A program made the translations under genes and the position numbers. A stretch of DNA of 64,000 bases, from the IMG/VR virus record IMGVR_UViG_3300033064_004300; one strand, written 5' to 3'. Below, piece by piece: positions 9,994 to 19,977 of the stretch (positions are counted from its first letter, which is position 1; every line of letters starts with the position of its first letter). The DNA is from an uncultured virus (IMG/VR IMGVR_UViG_3300033064_004300). Lineage: Duplodnaviria; Heunggongvirae; Uroviricota; Caudoviricetes. The notes beneath the pieces are model-generated. The model saw only the letters and a program-made list of their open reading frames with translations. It was not told the origin of the DNA and ran no database searches.

Positions 9994-10544
9994 TGGCTAG
10001 AGTTACTCGTTCAGGCGGACAAACAGCTTCTGGCGGCGGCGGTGGTGGAGGTGTAGGTCAGGGTTTATTAAACGCTATTATTGCTGACATGTTAGGTAAG
10101 ATTGTAGGTTCTGTAGTTGCACCGGGCGGCGGGGTAGTAGCTCCTCCTATACCTTCTGCACAGGGCTCTAAATATAATCAGACTGCGCCCGATGTTATAG
10201 CTATTCAACGCCAGGTAGATGATGAGAACTATCGTCGTGCAGCGTTGAATGAAGCAGCTAGAGCAACCGGTAAACAACAAATGCCTTATTTAAATGCAAA
10301 GCAGATTATTCAAGGTATTGTCGATACAAATCGTCAACTAATGGATGAAGCTGGTGCACGTGAACGTGCTATTGCAGCGATTGGGGCCCAAGGTGAGGTT
10401 CAGAGGGCAATCGGCGGTGGTTTAGCAAATGCAATCGGTACTGGTTTGACAGGCACTAGCCAAGTTATTAGTCAAGGTATAGCTACCGGAGGTCAACGTT
10501 TTGACAATCAAAGGCAGTTAGAAGAACTTTCGAGGGCAGTATAA
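9993..10544 (+). CDS. Gly/Ala/Gln-rich putative internal virion protein
   Basis: TAATG coupling; composition like ejection/pilot proteins. Confidence 0.6.
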   Translation: MARVTRSGGQTASGGGGGGGVGQGLLNAIIADMLGKIVGSVVAPGGGVVAPPIPSAQGSKYNQTAPDVIAIQRQVDDENYRRAALNEAARATGKQQMPYLNAKQIIQGIVDTNRQLMDEAGARERAIAAIGAQGEVQRAIGGGLANAIGTGLTGTSQVISQGIATGGQRFDNQRQLEELSRAV

Positions 10545-11170
10545 TGAGTCTTTTAAAATTATTATACGGTTTAGGTGGACTAGGATTGTCAGCTGGTGCT
10601 AGTTATCTTGGTAGTGAACTTGCCAATCGAAACAGCAGATCACCAAGTTCAACTCCGCCTGGATCGCCTTTACCTCCTGGCAGCGTAGACCCGAACACCG
10701 GGGCCCCGCCTCCTTTTGTACCCCCAGGTAATAATCCTTATCCTCCCGGTGGTCAAACTCCTTATGAGTCTCCACCTATTCCGGAACCTAAAGGTAATCA
10801 GGATATTGGTCAGCTTGAGGCGGTAATACGTCTAATAAATAAAAACACGCAACAAGAAGCAGAAGCAAATCGGAGATTTTATCCGCAGCGTGATGCAATT
10901 GACTTTGCTGATTTTGAAAGACGTGAAAAGATATCTCTCGCAAATACAATTCAGCGTCAGCGTGAAAGGACTTCTCGTGAAACGGAATTAGCTACTATTT
11001 CCGCGTGGCAAAAAATAACTGAAGCAAATATAAACAGGGATACACAACTTGCTTATGGCATGATGAATTTAAGCGCGACATTAGGGATGCCAAACCCAAA
11101 TGTTTTAACTGCGCTTTCTCCTGTAACCCAGCAGGCTATTGCTGCTTTCAAACCGGGGACTCCCGTTTAA
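10544..11170 (+). CDS. putative internal virion protein with hydrophobic N-terminus and Pro-rich linker
   Basis: TAATG coupling; N-terminal LLYGLGGLGLSAG. Confidence 0.6.
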   Translation: MSLLKLLYGLGGLGLSAGASYLGSELANRNSRSPSSTPPGSPLPPGSVDPNTGAPPPFVPPGNNPYPPGGQTPYESPPIPEPKGNQDIGQLEAVIRLINKNTQQEAEANRRFYPQRDAIDFADFERREKISLANTIQRQRERTSRETELATISAWQKITEANINRDTQLAYGMMNLSATLGMPNPNVLTALSPVTQQAIAAFKPGTPV

Positions 11171-11174
11171 AAAA

Positions 11175-12017
11175 ATGACTGTTGCTGGAATTGCTGGTGT
11201 TTTGGGTCTGGGTCAACAGGTTCTGGGTCTGGGTAAGGGAATATCCAGTCTGTTTGGAGGCGGCCAGAAACAGTATGGTCCGACTGAGCAGGAGACTGCG
11301 ATGGCGCTGGACATGCAGTCTAGACTCGGAGGAGGCGGAGGTTCTGCAATGGCAGCGCCTATAGATTACTATGCTCTGTATGGAGCTAAAGCAGCGTCAG
11401 AGAACAATCCTCTTACTGCAGCTATGCAAGGTCTTGCTATTTTGCAAGGAAGTCTTGGCGGTGCCCTAGGTATACAAGGTAACACAATTGCTTCTAGTCA
11501 ATTAACTGTACTAAAAGAAGCTTTAGATCAAGCGCAAAAAAGAACATCAGCTCAGGCTGGGGTAGCGACAGCTACTGCTGGTGCTGGTCTTGAACAGCAA
11601 AAACTACTGGGTCAAGCAAAGTTATCAACTGAACTTGCGGCTCCTACGTTTTTAGCCCAGGCTGGGGCTAGCGCACTAGCAGGTGAAAATGAATTAGCTG
11701 GTCAGCTAGCTCAAAGTAACGTTGGTTTAAAAGTTTTACAGGAACAAGCTAGAGCTGGGGTAGCTCAACAACAAGCAAATACACTTGCTGATGTATTTAA
11801 AACTAAAGCTGAAACATCTGGACGATTAGCTTTAGGATCGCAAGCTCGTGAATCAGGATTACAGCTTGATCAAGCTAGAACTGTTGGAGATATAAAACGA
11901 ATACAGGCACAGACGTACTCAAATCTTGCAAATATCCGAGGTCAGACCAAGGCACAGTTAGCAATTAAACAGTTTGGAGCCAACCAAGCATTAGCTGGTC
12001 AACGCTTTTTTGCGTGA
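11175..12017 (+). CDS. Ala/Gln/Gly-rich helical putative DNA pilot/ejection protein
   Basis: Gly-rich amphipathic N-terminus followed by an A/Q-rich helical body. Confidence 0.55.
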   Translation: MTVAGIAGVLGLGQQVLGLGKGISSLFGGGQKQYGPTEQETAMALDMQSRLGGGGGSAMAAPIDYYALYGAKAASENNPLTAAMQGLAILQGSLGGALGIQGNTIASSQLTVLKEALDQAQKRTSAQAGVATATAGAGLEQQKLLGQAKLSTELAAPTFLAQAGASALAGENELAGQLAQSNVGLKVLQEQARAGVAQQQANTLADVFKTKAETSGRLALGSQARESGLQLDQARTVGDIKRIQAQTYSNLANIRGQTKAQLAIKQFGANQALAGQRFFA

Positions 12018-12544
12018 TTAAAGCAGCTATTGGTGACTCAACCACGGTGGGCTCGTGGTTAGCCCTACTCAATAAAGCTCAGAGAGATTCGTTTACTTAC
12101 TACGCTAAAAATAGCGTGAGTGATATTGAAGCATACCTGTACGCTCGATTCTTAAAGCCAAACTACGCAGGATCTATATCAGACATAACCGCGTGGGTGC
12201 AAGAAAAGTACCCTAAAAGCGACTTACGAAAAGATCTATTAATCGAAGTAGATGCACTCAAAGTAGATTTACATAATGTTAGGCAGATGACGGTAAACGG
12301 AATGCTAGATTATGCAACAGCTGCCACCAAGATTGCAGTGCTTCAAAAAGAACTACGTAGTCATATCCAAGCTGTCCGGCAGTTAACAGATGGGGTAGAC
12401 CGTCGCGGACTACTTCTTGCTGGAGCCGATCGCTGTTTGCGTGAACTAATGAATAGTTTCCAAGATCAGCCTACGATGAGCGCACTTATTGAAGATGCCT
12501 CCATTGTTATTTGGAGCACGATTGAACGAGAAGAAAAAACTTAA
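12014..12544 (+). CDS. helical hypothetical protein, terminase small subunit candidate
   Basis: 176 aa with coiled-coil; last plus-strand gene before TerL, two minus-strand genes intervene; function inferred from position only. Confidence 0.4.
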   Translation: MIKAAIGDSTTVGSWLALLNKAQRDSFTYYAKNSVSDIEAYLYARFLKPNYAGSISDITAWVQEKYPKSDLRKDLLIEVDALKVDLHNVRQMTVNGMLDYATAATKIAVLQKELRSHIQAVRQLTDGVDRRGLLLAGADRCLRELMNSFQDQPTMSALIEDASIVIWSTIEREEKT

Positions 12545-12549
12545 ATAAC

Positions 12550-13638
12550 CTACTCAATTAGCTCTAGAAGAGCAAGAATATTAACAACTGGTGTTCTAAA
12601 AATGCCCATAAAATAGTCATTCACACCAAGAGACATCACGAGCTCTTCTTCGTTCTCAATAAAACACCCGAAAGGAAGGATGCATGCGGGTTGATTTGAT
12701 ACGTCGTTACCCAAACAATCGGTCCACGTAATCAAATCGTCTTGAGTAGACCCCACAAAAAGAGGTTCTCTTATCACTCGCGTAATTTTTGTTTGCTGTT
12801 CATCGAGTGTGTATGCGCCCAGTGAGTAAAGAAGGTAAGGCCTTTTATCTAGTTCGTACACCATATACTTCCAATGAAAAAACACGAGCCATTCATCACC
12901 GATAGCAATAGGCGCCGTGGAGTTAAATGTTGGGTGATCACCTGTTAGTTTTTTTAAACAAGATGAGTCAATTGTGACGTCAGCTTTACCTGGTGATTTT
13001 ATGGTTAAAGGAACCGTCGAGTACAAGAGTTTGAGTTGGTCTTTGTCCGTGTAGAAACACCAATTTTTTTCTGATCCTCCTTCTTGCAGATTGGTTCCTA
13101 TATCAGGAAATACACAGTCAACTAGAGCACCAAATTTACTTACCGTACCAACACAAATTTTGGGTGTCTTTAGAAGCTTATGTTTAGTCGTATCCCATTT
13201 AGTGGCGTATGTGCTTGTGACAAATTGACACTGTAGAGTGTCATCAGGACTAATAAACAATCGGGGATCTTCGTAGCTAAGCCTGTGCTTGCTAGGTTTT
13301 AAATTACGTGCTGCGACGATTGACTCGTCGCTAAGAAGCTCACCGATATATAAGTCTGTGGGCGTGTTGTTGTAGTAGAAATATTTATTATCGTGTCTGA
13401 AAATAAAGGGCTCAGGCTGTGATCGCCACGCGATTAACGTTGAATTTTTGTGTTTTAAAATGCACGGACTGAAGTTTGCTACGTTTGTTTCAGGTAAACC
13501 ATCGATTATTCGGGTAAATGTTCCTCCTATGCTTTTGGCCTGTTGATAGACGGAAGGGTATCCACTTTTTGTAGGGATTAGAACTGGCCTTACTGTACGG
13601 TTGTGGTACGTACGATAGCGATGGAATTGTAGGCTCAT
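12550..13638 (-). CDS. five-bladed beta-propeller sugar enzyme (GH130 / beta-mannosyltransferase-like)
   Basis: NFSPCI, YEDPRLF, EKNWCF, FFH, SLGVND motifs. Confidence 0.65.
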   Translation of the reverse strand: MSLQFHRYRTYHNRTVRPVLIPTKSGYPSVYQQAKSIGGTFTRIIDGLPETNVANFSPCILKHKNSTLIAWRSQPEPFIFRHDNKYFYYNNTPTDLYIGELLSDESIVAARNLKPSKHRLSYEDPRLFISPDDTLQCQFVTSTYATKWDTTKHKLLKTPKICVGTVSKFGALVDCVFPDIGTNLQEGGSEKNWCFYTDKDQLKLLYSTVPLTIKSPGKADVTIDSSCLKKLTGDHPTFNSTAPIAIGDEWLVFFHWKYMVYELDKRPYLLYSLGAYTLDEQQTKITRVIREPLFVGSTQDDLITWTDCLGNDVSNQPACILPFGCFIENEEELVMSLGVNDYFMGIFRTPVVNILALLELIE

Positions 13639-14807
13639 TTCGACATCTCCTCCATAGCCTTTTCAAAACCTTCGGCAATCTTATCCCATCGGTACGACGG
13701 GTTGGTTGTAACCTCGTAACAGTCGTTCGCTACTTTCTCGGTAAGCTCTTTATCCTCGTATAAGCTGGTCATTTTGTTTGCCATATCCTTAATATCAACA
13801 ATACCCCGTTCCACTCCTAAATCTTTATCGTATATCCAAGCTGCTACATCAGCCAGTAACGCTTTGTTTTTCCACACCTCTGCAAACGACGTGTGGTTGG
13901 GCAACACCTGCGGTTTCTTACAAGCTGCATGTTCGAAAGAAACTAGACCCCAACCCTCCCCGTTAGCTGTGTTAACTCCAACATCGGATGCGTTGTATAT
14001 TAAATTAAGAAGTTCATCAGCAGGAGCATTGCAGTAATCGATATTTGTGGTAGTCATTAATAATCGTTGTTCAGATTTAAGCCCTCGACGTTTCATCTCC
14101 GTCTCAAAGATAGCTCGGATATCCCACCCAAGATCTTTTTCACTCATGTGCAAGTAGAGCATAGTATCGTCTTTATCTACTGCAAATTCCGCAAACGCTT
14201 TTATCGTCAGATCAATTTGTTTGCGTGGTTGATTTCTATTTGCATTTAGAACAATGTACTTATCTTCTGGTATCTGGAGCTGCTTACGAGCTTCTAGCTT
14301 ATCTAATGGGAAGAATTTACTTGTCTCTACCCCATGAGGTATTACCCCTAGTAACTTAGGTTTTACTCCTAACTGCATTACCCGCTGAGCTTGTTCGATC
14401 GTAAACGTGATTGCGAAGTCCCAGTCCTTCACAAACCGCATATGACTCTCAATGTACCACTGTGAGTCTAGTGGGAAGTAAGCAATAAATTTAAATTTAT
14501 ACTGATCTTTAAGTAGATGAACACGTTCCCAAACTTGATTTACTACCCAGATGTCATTTAGACAGATTATAAAATCAGGCTTTTCTGTGTCGACAATTTC
14601 AGGTAGACGTCCAATACCAAATCGATCCTGAGGATTTTTAGCTGCTGCTGGATAAACTTTAAAAGGCAGATCATGCGGATCACCGGAATAGTTTATTCCT
14701 ACAACTACAATCTCATGGTTCTTTTGGAGGTACTCTAAGATACTGTGTGTAACTCTACCAAACCCAGTATTTGAGAGGATATCTCCGTACCACAGAATTT
14801 TTGCCAT
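13635..14807 (-). CDS. GT-B (GT4) glycosyltransferase
   Basis: TGFGRV, IPHGV, NRNQPRK, EGWGLVSFEHAAC. Confidence 0.92.
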   Translation of the reverse strand: MAKILWYGDILSNTGFGRVTHSILEYLQKNHEIVVVGINYSGDPHDLPFKVYPAAAKNPQDRFGIGRLPEIVDTEKPDFIICLNDIWVVNQVWERVHLLKDQYKFKFIAYFPLDSQWYIESHMRFVKDWDFAITFTIEQAQRVMQLGVKPKLLGVIPHGVETSKFFPLDKLEARKQLQIPEDKYIVLNANRNQPRKQIDLTIKAFAEFAVDKDDTMLYLHMSEKDLGWDIRAIFETEMKRRGLKSEQRLLMTTTNIDYCNAPADELLNLIYNASDVGVNTANGEGWGLVSFEHAACKKPQVLPNHTSFAEVWKNKALLADVAAWIYDKDLGVERGIVDIKDMANKMTSLYEDKELTEKVANDCYEVTTNPSYRWDKIAEGFEKAMEEMSK

Positions 14808-14853
14808 TTGGGGTTAGAATCTTGCTATCAGTATACAGACAGTATTACCTTTT

Positions 14854-16377
14854 ATGCCTAGTCGTGAAACTTTTGCTTACCGCCGCGCTCTACAAATGAG
14901 GGCGGCTAAAGCGTTTGACAGTGATGCTCCAGTTTTAGATACTATATTCACAAGGGCAGCTAGTGATTTCCAAACGTTTTGTACGTTGCTTGATAAGCCA
15001 CCAGCAAGACATATGTTGGAATGGTACAAACATTTGATAACAGGAGATAGCAATAAGTATCTACTAGATATAGCAGGACCAAACCTTGACATACTAAGTC
15101 CTAGAGGTTCAGCGAAGAGCACTGTGATGAACATGTTTACCGCGTGGTGCATAGGTCGTCACACAGCCGCTAAAATGCCCCTACAAATTATCTACATTTC
15201 GTACAACATTAATACCGCTATACCGAAAAGTAGAATTATTAAACAGATAGTTGACTCAACCGAGTTTAAAAAAATATTTCCCACTTGTCGGCTTAAACCG
15301 GGAATGCAGAGTGATGTAGGTTGGTCGATTGATTTTGACTACGCAGGCATATCTCGAGTTGGTGACGAAGAATTTACTCTTCGCGCTGCTGGTCTCAGAG
15401 GGTCCATCACATCTAAACGAGCCCATTTATGCCTCGTGGATGACCCAGTTAAAAGTTCTGCAGATATACGCAACCCGACAATCCGTGAGGAGATGAATAA
15501 TAATTGGTCGTCGGTTATTGCACCTATTATTTTTGAGGGTGGTCGAGCCATCTGTTTAGGTACCCGATTCCACCCATTAGATATTCACAAAACAATGTTT
15601 GTACCTGAACGAGGTTGGAAACAGGTAACCCAAGAAGCATTGACGTACGACAACGATAGTAACCCTGAAAGTTATTGGCCCGAACAGTGGAGTGTTGACT
15701 ATTTACTAGGTCAAAAAGAACTTGATCCTGTTGCTTTTGCTTATCAGTATCAACAGCAACCGGTAATGACTTCTGACTTAATTCTTTCGCCTGATCTACT
15801 TGTAAAAGGAGATGTTGTAACAGAATTTGATTCGTTAGCAGTTGGCGTGGATCTATCAGCCAGCCGTAGTGAAACTTCAGACTATACTGCGATGGTCTTG
15901 GGCGGTAGGGTAAAAGATAAGTACTATATTATTGACGCGCATCAGGTTCGCTCTATAGGTAATCTTGAGAAGATTGATTTACTTTGTAAGATGCTCGTTG
16001 AGTGGGGTATCTTGGTAGAGAACGCAGCGGGTGAGTTGTTCCCGACATATTCCACGTGCACGTTAGTCGTGGAAGCTGTTGCGTATCAAGCATCGTTAGC
16101 GGCTGATCTTCGAAGAATTTTGCTGAATGATAAGGGACTTAGTAACATTCATATCCACGAGGTAAATGGGTTCAGAGGCGACAAAGTCTCTAGATTCAGG
16201 GGGACACTGGGTCTGCTGGAAAATAAAAAAGTAATTTTTAATCGGTACCGTAAATTTGATCTATTATTCGACCAGTTAATCAACATTGGAGCTACTTCGC
16301 ACGATGACTTACTTGATGCATACACGCATTTAATCTGTTTTCTGCAACGCCGAGGTAATTTTGAAATGGAGTATTGA
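14854..16377 (+). CDS. terL: terminase large subunit
   Basis: Walker A PRGSAKST, Walker B LCLVDD, GTRFH, nuclease motifs GVDLS / SDYTA / HDDLLDA. Confidence 0.93.
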   Translation: MPSRETFAYRRALQMRAAKAFDSDAPVLDTIFTRAASDFQTFCTLLDKPPARHMLEWYKHLITGDSNKYLLDIAGPNLDILSPRGSAKSTVMNMFTAWCIGRHTAAKMPLQIIYISYNINTAIPKSRIIKQIVDSTEFKKIFPTCRLKPGMQSDVGWSIDFDYAGISRVGDEEFTLRAAGLRGSITSKRAHLCLVDDPVKSSADIRNPTIREEMNNNWSSVIAPIIFEGGRAICLGTRFHPLDIHKTMFVPERGWKQVTQEALTYDNDSNPESYWPEQWSVDYLLGQKELDPVAFAYQYQQQPVMTSDLILSPDLLVKGDVVTEFDSLAVGVDLSASRSETSDYTAMVLGGRVKDKYYIIDAHQVRSIGNLEKIDLLCKMLVEWGILVENAAGELFPTYSTCTLVVEAVAYQASLAADLRRILLNDKGLSNIHIHEVNGFRGDKVSRFRGTLGLLENKKVIFNRYRKFDLLFDQLINIGATSHDDLLDAYTHLICFLQRRGNFEMEY

Positions 16378-17273
16378 TGATTTCGGATAACGAACCAATA
16401 CTTACTAACTACTTTATCGCTGTAACAGCGCACAATCCTTTAGAGCGATTTGACGTTCTTTTAAAGACTTTAAAAGGCTACATAACTCTTCCAGGTGTTA
16501 AAGACTTTTATATTTTTATTGACTTTGAACATAAACAAGACAAACAAGCTGTCTTGGACTTGTTACAACCTAATTTAGATCCCTGTAATTTAAATATAAT
16601 CGTAGCGGAACCTGAGTACGTAGGTTTCAGCCTTACCTGGGCGCATAAACATCTTTTAAAACAAGTTGTTCAGAATAAAACTTACGATTTTTATGTATAT
16701 ACAGAGAACGATATGCTATTTACACGTGGAAACTTTGACTATTGGCTTGCTTGGAAAGATAAACTTAAACTTTTAAATCTCGAACCAGGTTTTTGCCGGG
16801 TAGAACGTAGAGATAATTTACTTATTCCTTTTGATAACCACAGAACCTGGAATTTGAACGGACCTACTAAAGCGGTGTGGGGAGATCGCCCTTATAACGT
16901 GCAAACTTTTATGACTCCTTGTGATGATTTTATTTGTTTTGCGTCCCTTGGTAATCCTTATATGGGAATGATGATACTGGACTCTGAAATGGCTGAGAAG
17001 TATGTCGTGTCTGAGAGTTGTGATCCCATAAGAAGTTTTGATTTAACGAAATTTCGTTGTTGGCCGATAGCTGACAGAAGTTCTTTAGGTCTTGCTTTTG
17101 AATCTCTTAGCACCGATCAAGAACACCGCCGAGTGGTGCCATTAATTCGTGATGGAGATAAGCTTCGTATTGCTCCTTGCGGATTACTGGAGCACTTAGA
17201 CAACAAGTACAGTAACGTTTTATTAAAAAATCAAAACACATGCTTAGACATAACCACTATGTTTAAGTACTAA
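16374..17273 (+). CDS. putative GT-A-like glycosyltransferase
   Basis: IAVTAHN, LTWAHK, YDFYVYTENDMLF (DxD-like) motif; overlaps the terL stop. Confidence 0.55.
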   Translation: MMISDNEPILTNYFIAVTAHNPLERFDVLLKTLKGYITLPGVKDFYIFIDFEHKQDKQAVLDLLQPNLDPCNLNIIVAEPEYVGFSLTWAHKHLLKQVVQNKTYDFYVYTENDMLFTRGNFDYWLAWKDKLKLLNLEPGFCRVERRDNLLIPFDNHRTWNLNGPTKAVWGDRPYNVQTFMTPCDDFICFASLGNPYMGMMILDSEMAEKYVVSESCDPIRSFDLTKFRCWPIADRSSLGLAFESLSTDQEHRRVVPLIRDGDKLRIAPCGLLEHLDNKYSNVLLKNQNTCLDITTMFKY

Positions 17274-17286
17274 TAAACGAGTTCTC

Positions 17287-17559
17287 GTGTCAGATTTTTG
17301 GAATTTGAAGGGTCATGTTGTTGATTTCTGGTGCAGGACAGTTGACGTCGTTAATAAACCGGCACACTATAACCAGGGCTCTGTCGAGTGTATCGATGCT
17401 TTAAAATCTGCACTTGGGCATGAAGGCTTTAAATCATATTGCCGGGGAGCGTGTTTGAAGTATTTGTGGAGGACAGAGCATAAAAATGGAGTAGAGGATT
17501 TAAAGAAATGTGAGTGGTATTTAAAACGTTTAATACAAATTTCCGAGGAATGCGGTTAA
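17287..17559 (+). CDS. DUF3310 (T7 gp1.7-like nucleotide kinase) protein
   Basis: DVVNKPAHY..G.VECID...KYLWR..HKNGVEDLKK..WYL. Confidence 0.9.
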   Translation: MSDFWNLKGHVVDFWCRTVDVVNKPAHYNQGSVECIDALKSALGHEGFKSYCRGACLKYLWRTEHKNGVEDLKKCEWYLKRLIQISEECG

Positions 17560-17579
17560 AATTAAAAAAAATCTGTCTT

Positions 17580-17870
17580 ATGGATATTCGCGCTTTTGGT
17601 TCGTATTATGGACAGTCAGCAACACTACCGTATGGCAGTGGTTTCCACATAGTAACTTCGGGCAATATGGCTCGAGTGAATTTCCCTGCCTGCCGAGGTA
17701 TCTTGGTCGAGCACATTACCGGTGGGAGCGCTTCTAAAGTAACTCTCGTGCTCACTGATTCTCAGGGCCAACTTTCACGTTTTGAACAGATCACGAGTAC
17801 TACTTTGTTGCCTCTTAGCTGCACTGCTGTAGTGTCTGGTACCTCAGCTCATTGTACCGCTCTATACTAA
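17580..17870 (+). CDS. small beta-rich putative virion protein
   Basis: Probable start MDIRAF at 17580; three SG motifs. Confidence 0.6.
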   Translation: MDIRAFGSYYGQSATLPYGSGFHIVTSGNMARVNFPACRGILVEHITGGSASKVTLVLTDSQGQLSRFEQITSTTLLPLSCTAVVSGTSAHCTALY

Positions 17871-18154
17871 TGAACACTCATAACGCTAATGCTTATGGTT
17901 TTGCTCAAGCTTATCAGATGCAGACTGCGGCAGCTGAAGCTCAACGACGAGCTAACCAATCAGCGGATACGGTATTCGAAGACATGTCCGCTCAGGATCA
18001 GACTGCACTAAAAGGACAACCTCAGGCTCCTGTAGCACCTACTGATTATTCGAGTGGAGGAGGTCAAGATGGGTTTGACCCCGCCATGGATACAGATGTA
18101 AGTATTTTGACAAGGGCTAAACGCAGAGCAGCCAAATATATACAACAGGTTTAA
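17870..18154 (+). CDS. hypothetical protein
   Basis: TAATG coupling to previous gene. Confidence 0.6.
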   Translation: MNTHNANAYGFAQAYQMQTAAAEAQRRANQSADTVFEDMSAQDQTALKGQPQAPVAPTDYSSGGGQDGFDPAMDTDVSILTRAKRRAAKYIQQV

Positions 18155-18185
18155 GCTACTATGGTGACACTCGCGTCAGCCTTGT

Positions 18186-19001
18186 ATGCTTGTCGATTGC
18201 TTTCCTTACTTTAACGAGAAAGAACTTCTAGAGCTCCGCATCAGAACTCTTGAAGATTACGTTGACGGGTTCTTAATAACAGATGCTAACAGAACGCACC
18301 GTGGTGATGAGAAACCTTTTACCTGCGTAGATACTCTTAAAGAACTAGGTATCGACGACAGTAAAGTACAGGTTTTACACGTTGAGCTGCCTTCTATTGA
18401 AGAAGCACCAGATCCGTGGTTACGTGAGCGAGCACAACGGGATGCTTTAGGTGTTGGGCTTCACATGCTTTCGGATGATACGTTATTCATTTGTTCAGAT
18501 TGTGATGAACTGGTGAATCCCCTTGCGTTAGATAAACTAAAAGCCGCAGCTGAAACTTCAGATCAAATAGTACGGGCTAGCATGTCTATGCACTATGGTC
18601 GCGCTGATCGGCAGTTAATAACTCCTGATGGTGTACTGCACGAGTGGCAACGAGCTTTTGTTTCTACGGTTGGTTTTTTAAGAAAACAAAGCACACTCTC
18701 CGTAATGAGGGAAAGCCAAGATAATTTGTATTTGGGTGAACGAGATTTTGGTTGGCACTTAAGTTGGATGGGCGACGGTGCACGACGAAAAAACAAACTC
18801 CGCTCTATTGCTGAATACTATATGTGGGACACACCAGATGTACAACGTAGATGTGAGATGTTTGAACCTCAAGAAGGAAGTCTTGACATGTTGGGGCGTG
18901 ACGACCACTTAATTACCACTTATCCTTTAAGCGCTCTGCCTTCAAAGCTATTCGAATTAGAGCGCGTCAAAACCTACCTTCTTCCTGAAAATGTTAATTG
19001 A
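18186..19001 (+). CDS. GT17-like glycosyltransferase
   Basis: DCFPYFNE.ELLELR, E..QRDAL, SDCDE, GWHLSWMG. Confidence 0.88.
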   Translation: MLVDCFPYFNEKELLELRIRTLEDYVDGFLITDANRTHRGDEKPFTCVDTLKELGIDDSKVQVLHVELPSIEEAPDPWLRERAQRDALGVGLHMLSDDTLFICSDCDELVNPLALDKLKAAAETSDQIVRASMSMHYGRADRQLITPDGVLHEWQRAFVSTVGFLRKQSTLSVMRESQDNLYLGERDFGWHLSWMGDGARRKNKLRSIAEYYMWDTPDVQRRCEMFEPQEGSLDMLGRDDHLITTYPLSALPSKLFELERVKTYLLPENVN

Positions 19002-19800
19002 TTGTTTCCCTTATTTTAATGAACGCGAATTACTTGAATTACGTGTCTCCTTATTAAAAGATCATGTGGATGGTTTTTTAATCGCAGATGCGGATCGGAC
19101 TCATCGAGGGGAACCAAAGGCTTTTACTTGTGCCGAGACAATTAAAGAATTGGGTCTACCCGATGAACTGATCGAAGTTATCCACGTCAAACTTCCAACT
19201 GTTGACGAAGAACCAGATCACTGGGTTCGTGAGCGTGGTCAACGTGACGCTCTTGGGATTTATCTCTCAGAGATGCCAAAAAATGCTGTTTTTATTTGTT
19301 CTGACTGTGACGAACTTCCTAACCCAGCAAAATTTGAACAGATAAAATCTGAACTTGAGGCAAATCCCGACGCAATTCTAGGTTTGGATATGTCTATGCA
19401 CTATGGACGAGCGGACTTACAGCTTTGCACTCCTCTTGGTGAGCTTTTTCACTGGCATTGTGCGACTATTTGCACTGCAGGAAAACTTGCTTCATTAGGA
19501 TCTATAACTAACGTTCGTCGCCAAACAACACGTAAGGTAATAGGAGATCGTGATGCTGGGTGGCATTTAAGTTGGATGGGTGATTCTGAAAGGAGGCTCA
19601 AAAAACTTAAATCCTATGCGCATTGGGAAACTGATATGCCTACTGTTGTTGAGACTTGTAAGACGTTTGAGGCAGTAGCTGGCAGCATAGATATGCTGGG
19701 TCGAGAAGATCACATGCTTACTGCATTTCCAATGGAAGATTTACCGCTAGAAGCGGTTACACTGGAAAGAGTCAGACAGTATCTGCTTCCAAATGGCTAA
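18991..19800 (+). CDS. GT17-like glycosyltransferase, tandem paralog
   Basis: same motifs as 18186-19001. Confidence 0.88.
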   Translation: MLIDCFPYFNERELLELRVSLLKDHVDGFLIADADRTHRGEPKAFTCAETIKELGLPDELIEVIHVKLPTVDEEPDHWVRERGQRDALGIYLSEMPKNAVFICSDCDELPNPAKFEQIKSELEANPDAILGLDMSMHYGRADLQLCTPLGELFHWHCATICTAGKLASLGSITNVRRQTTRKVIGDRDAGWHLSWMGDSERRLKKLKSYAHWETDMPTVVETCKTFEAVAGSIDMLGREDHMLTAFPMEDLPLEAVTLERVRQYLLPNG

Positions 19801-19951
19801 CCACATGCCTGCCGAGCTCTTGAAAAAGTTTCAAGAAAAACGTCAAGGAGAAGGAAACTCAAAGGATGAAGAAACCCGTGGTAAAGGTGATTCCCGTAAA
19901 CGGGCATTAGCAAAGGCTCGCAAAGCAAAACAAATGGCCGCCAACAAATAG
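19793..19951 (+). CDS. 52-aa basic hypothetical protein
   Basis: MANHMPAELLKKFQEK...RKRALAKARKAKQMAANK fills the gap before the portal gene. Confidence 0.6.
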   Translation: MANHMPAELLKKFQEKRQGEGNSKDEETRGKGDSRKRALAKARKAKQMAANK

Positions 19952-19977
19952 ATTTAAATTTTTTGTCTTTAACTTGA

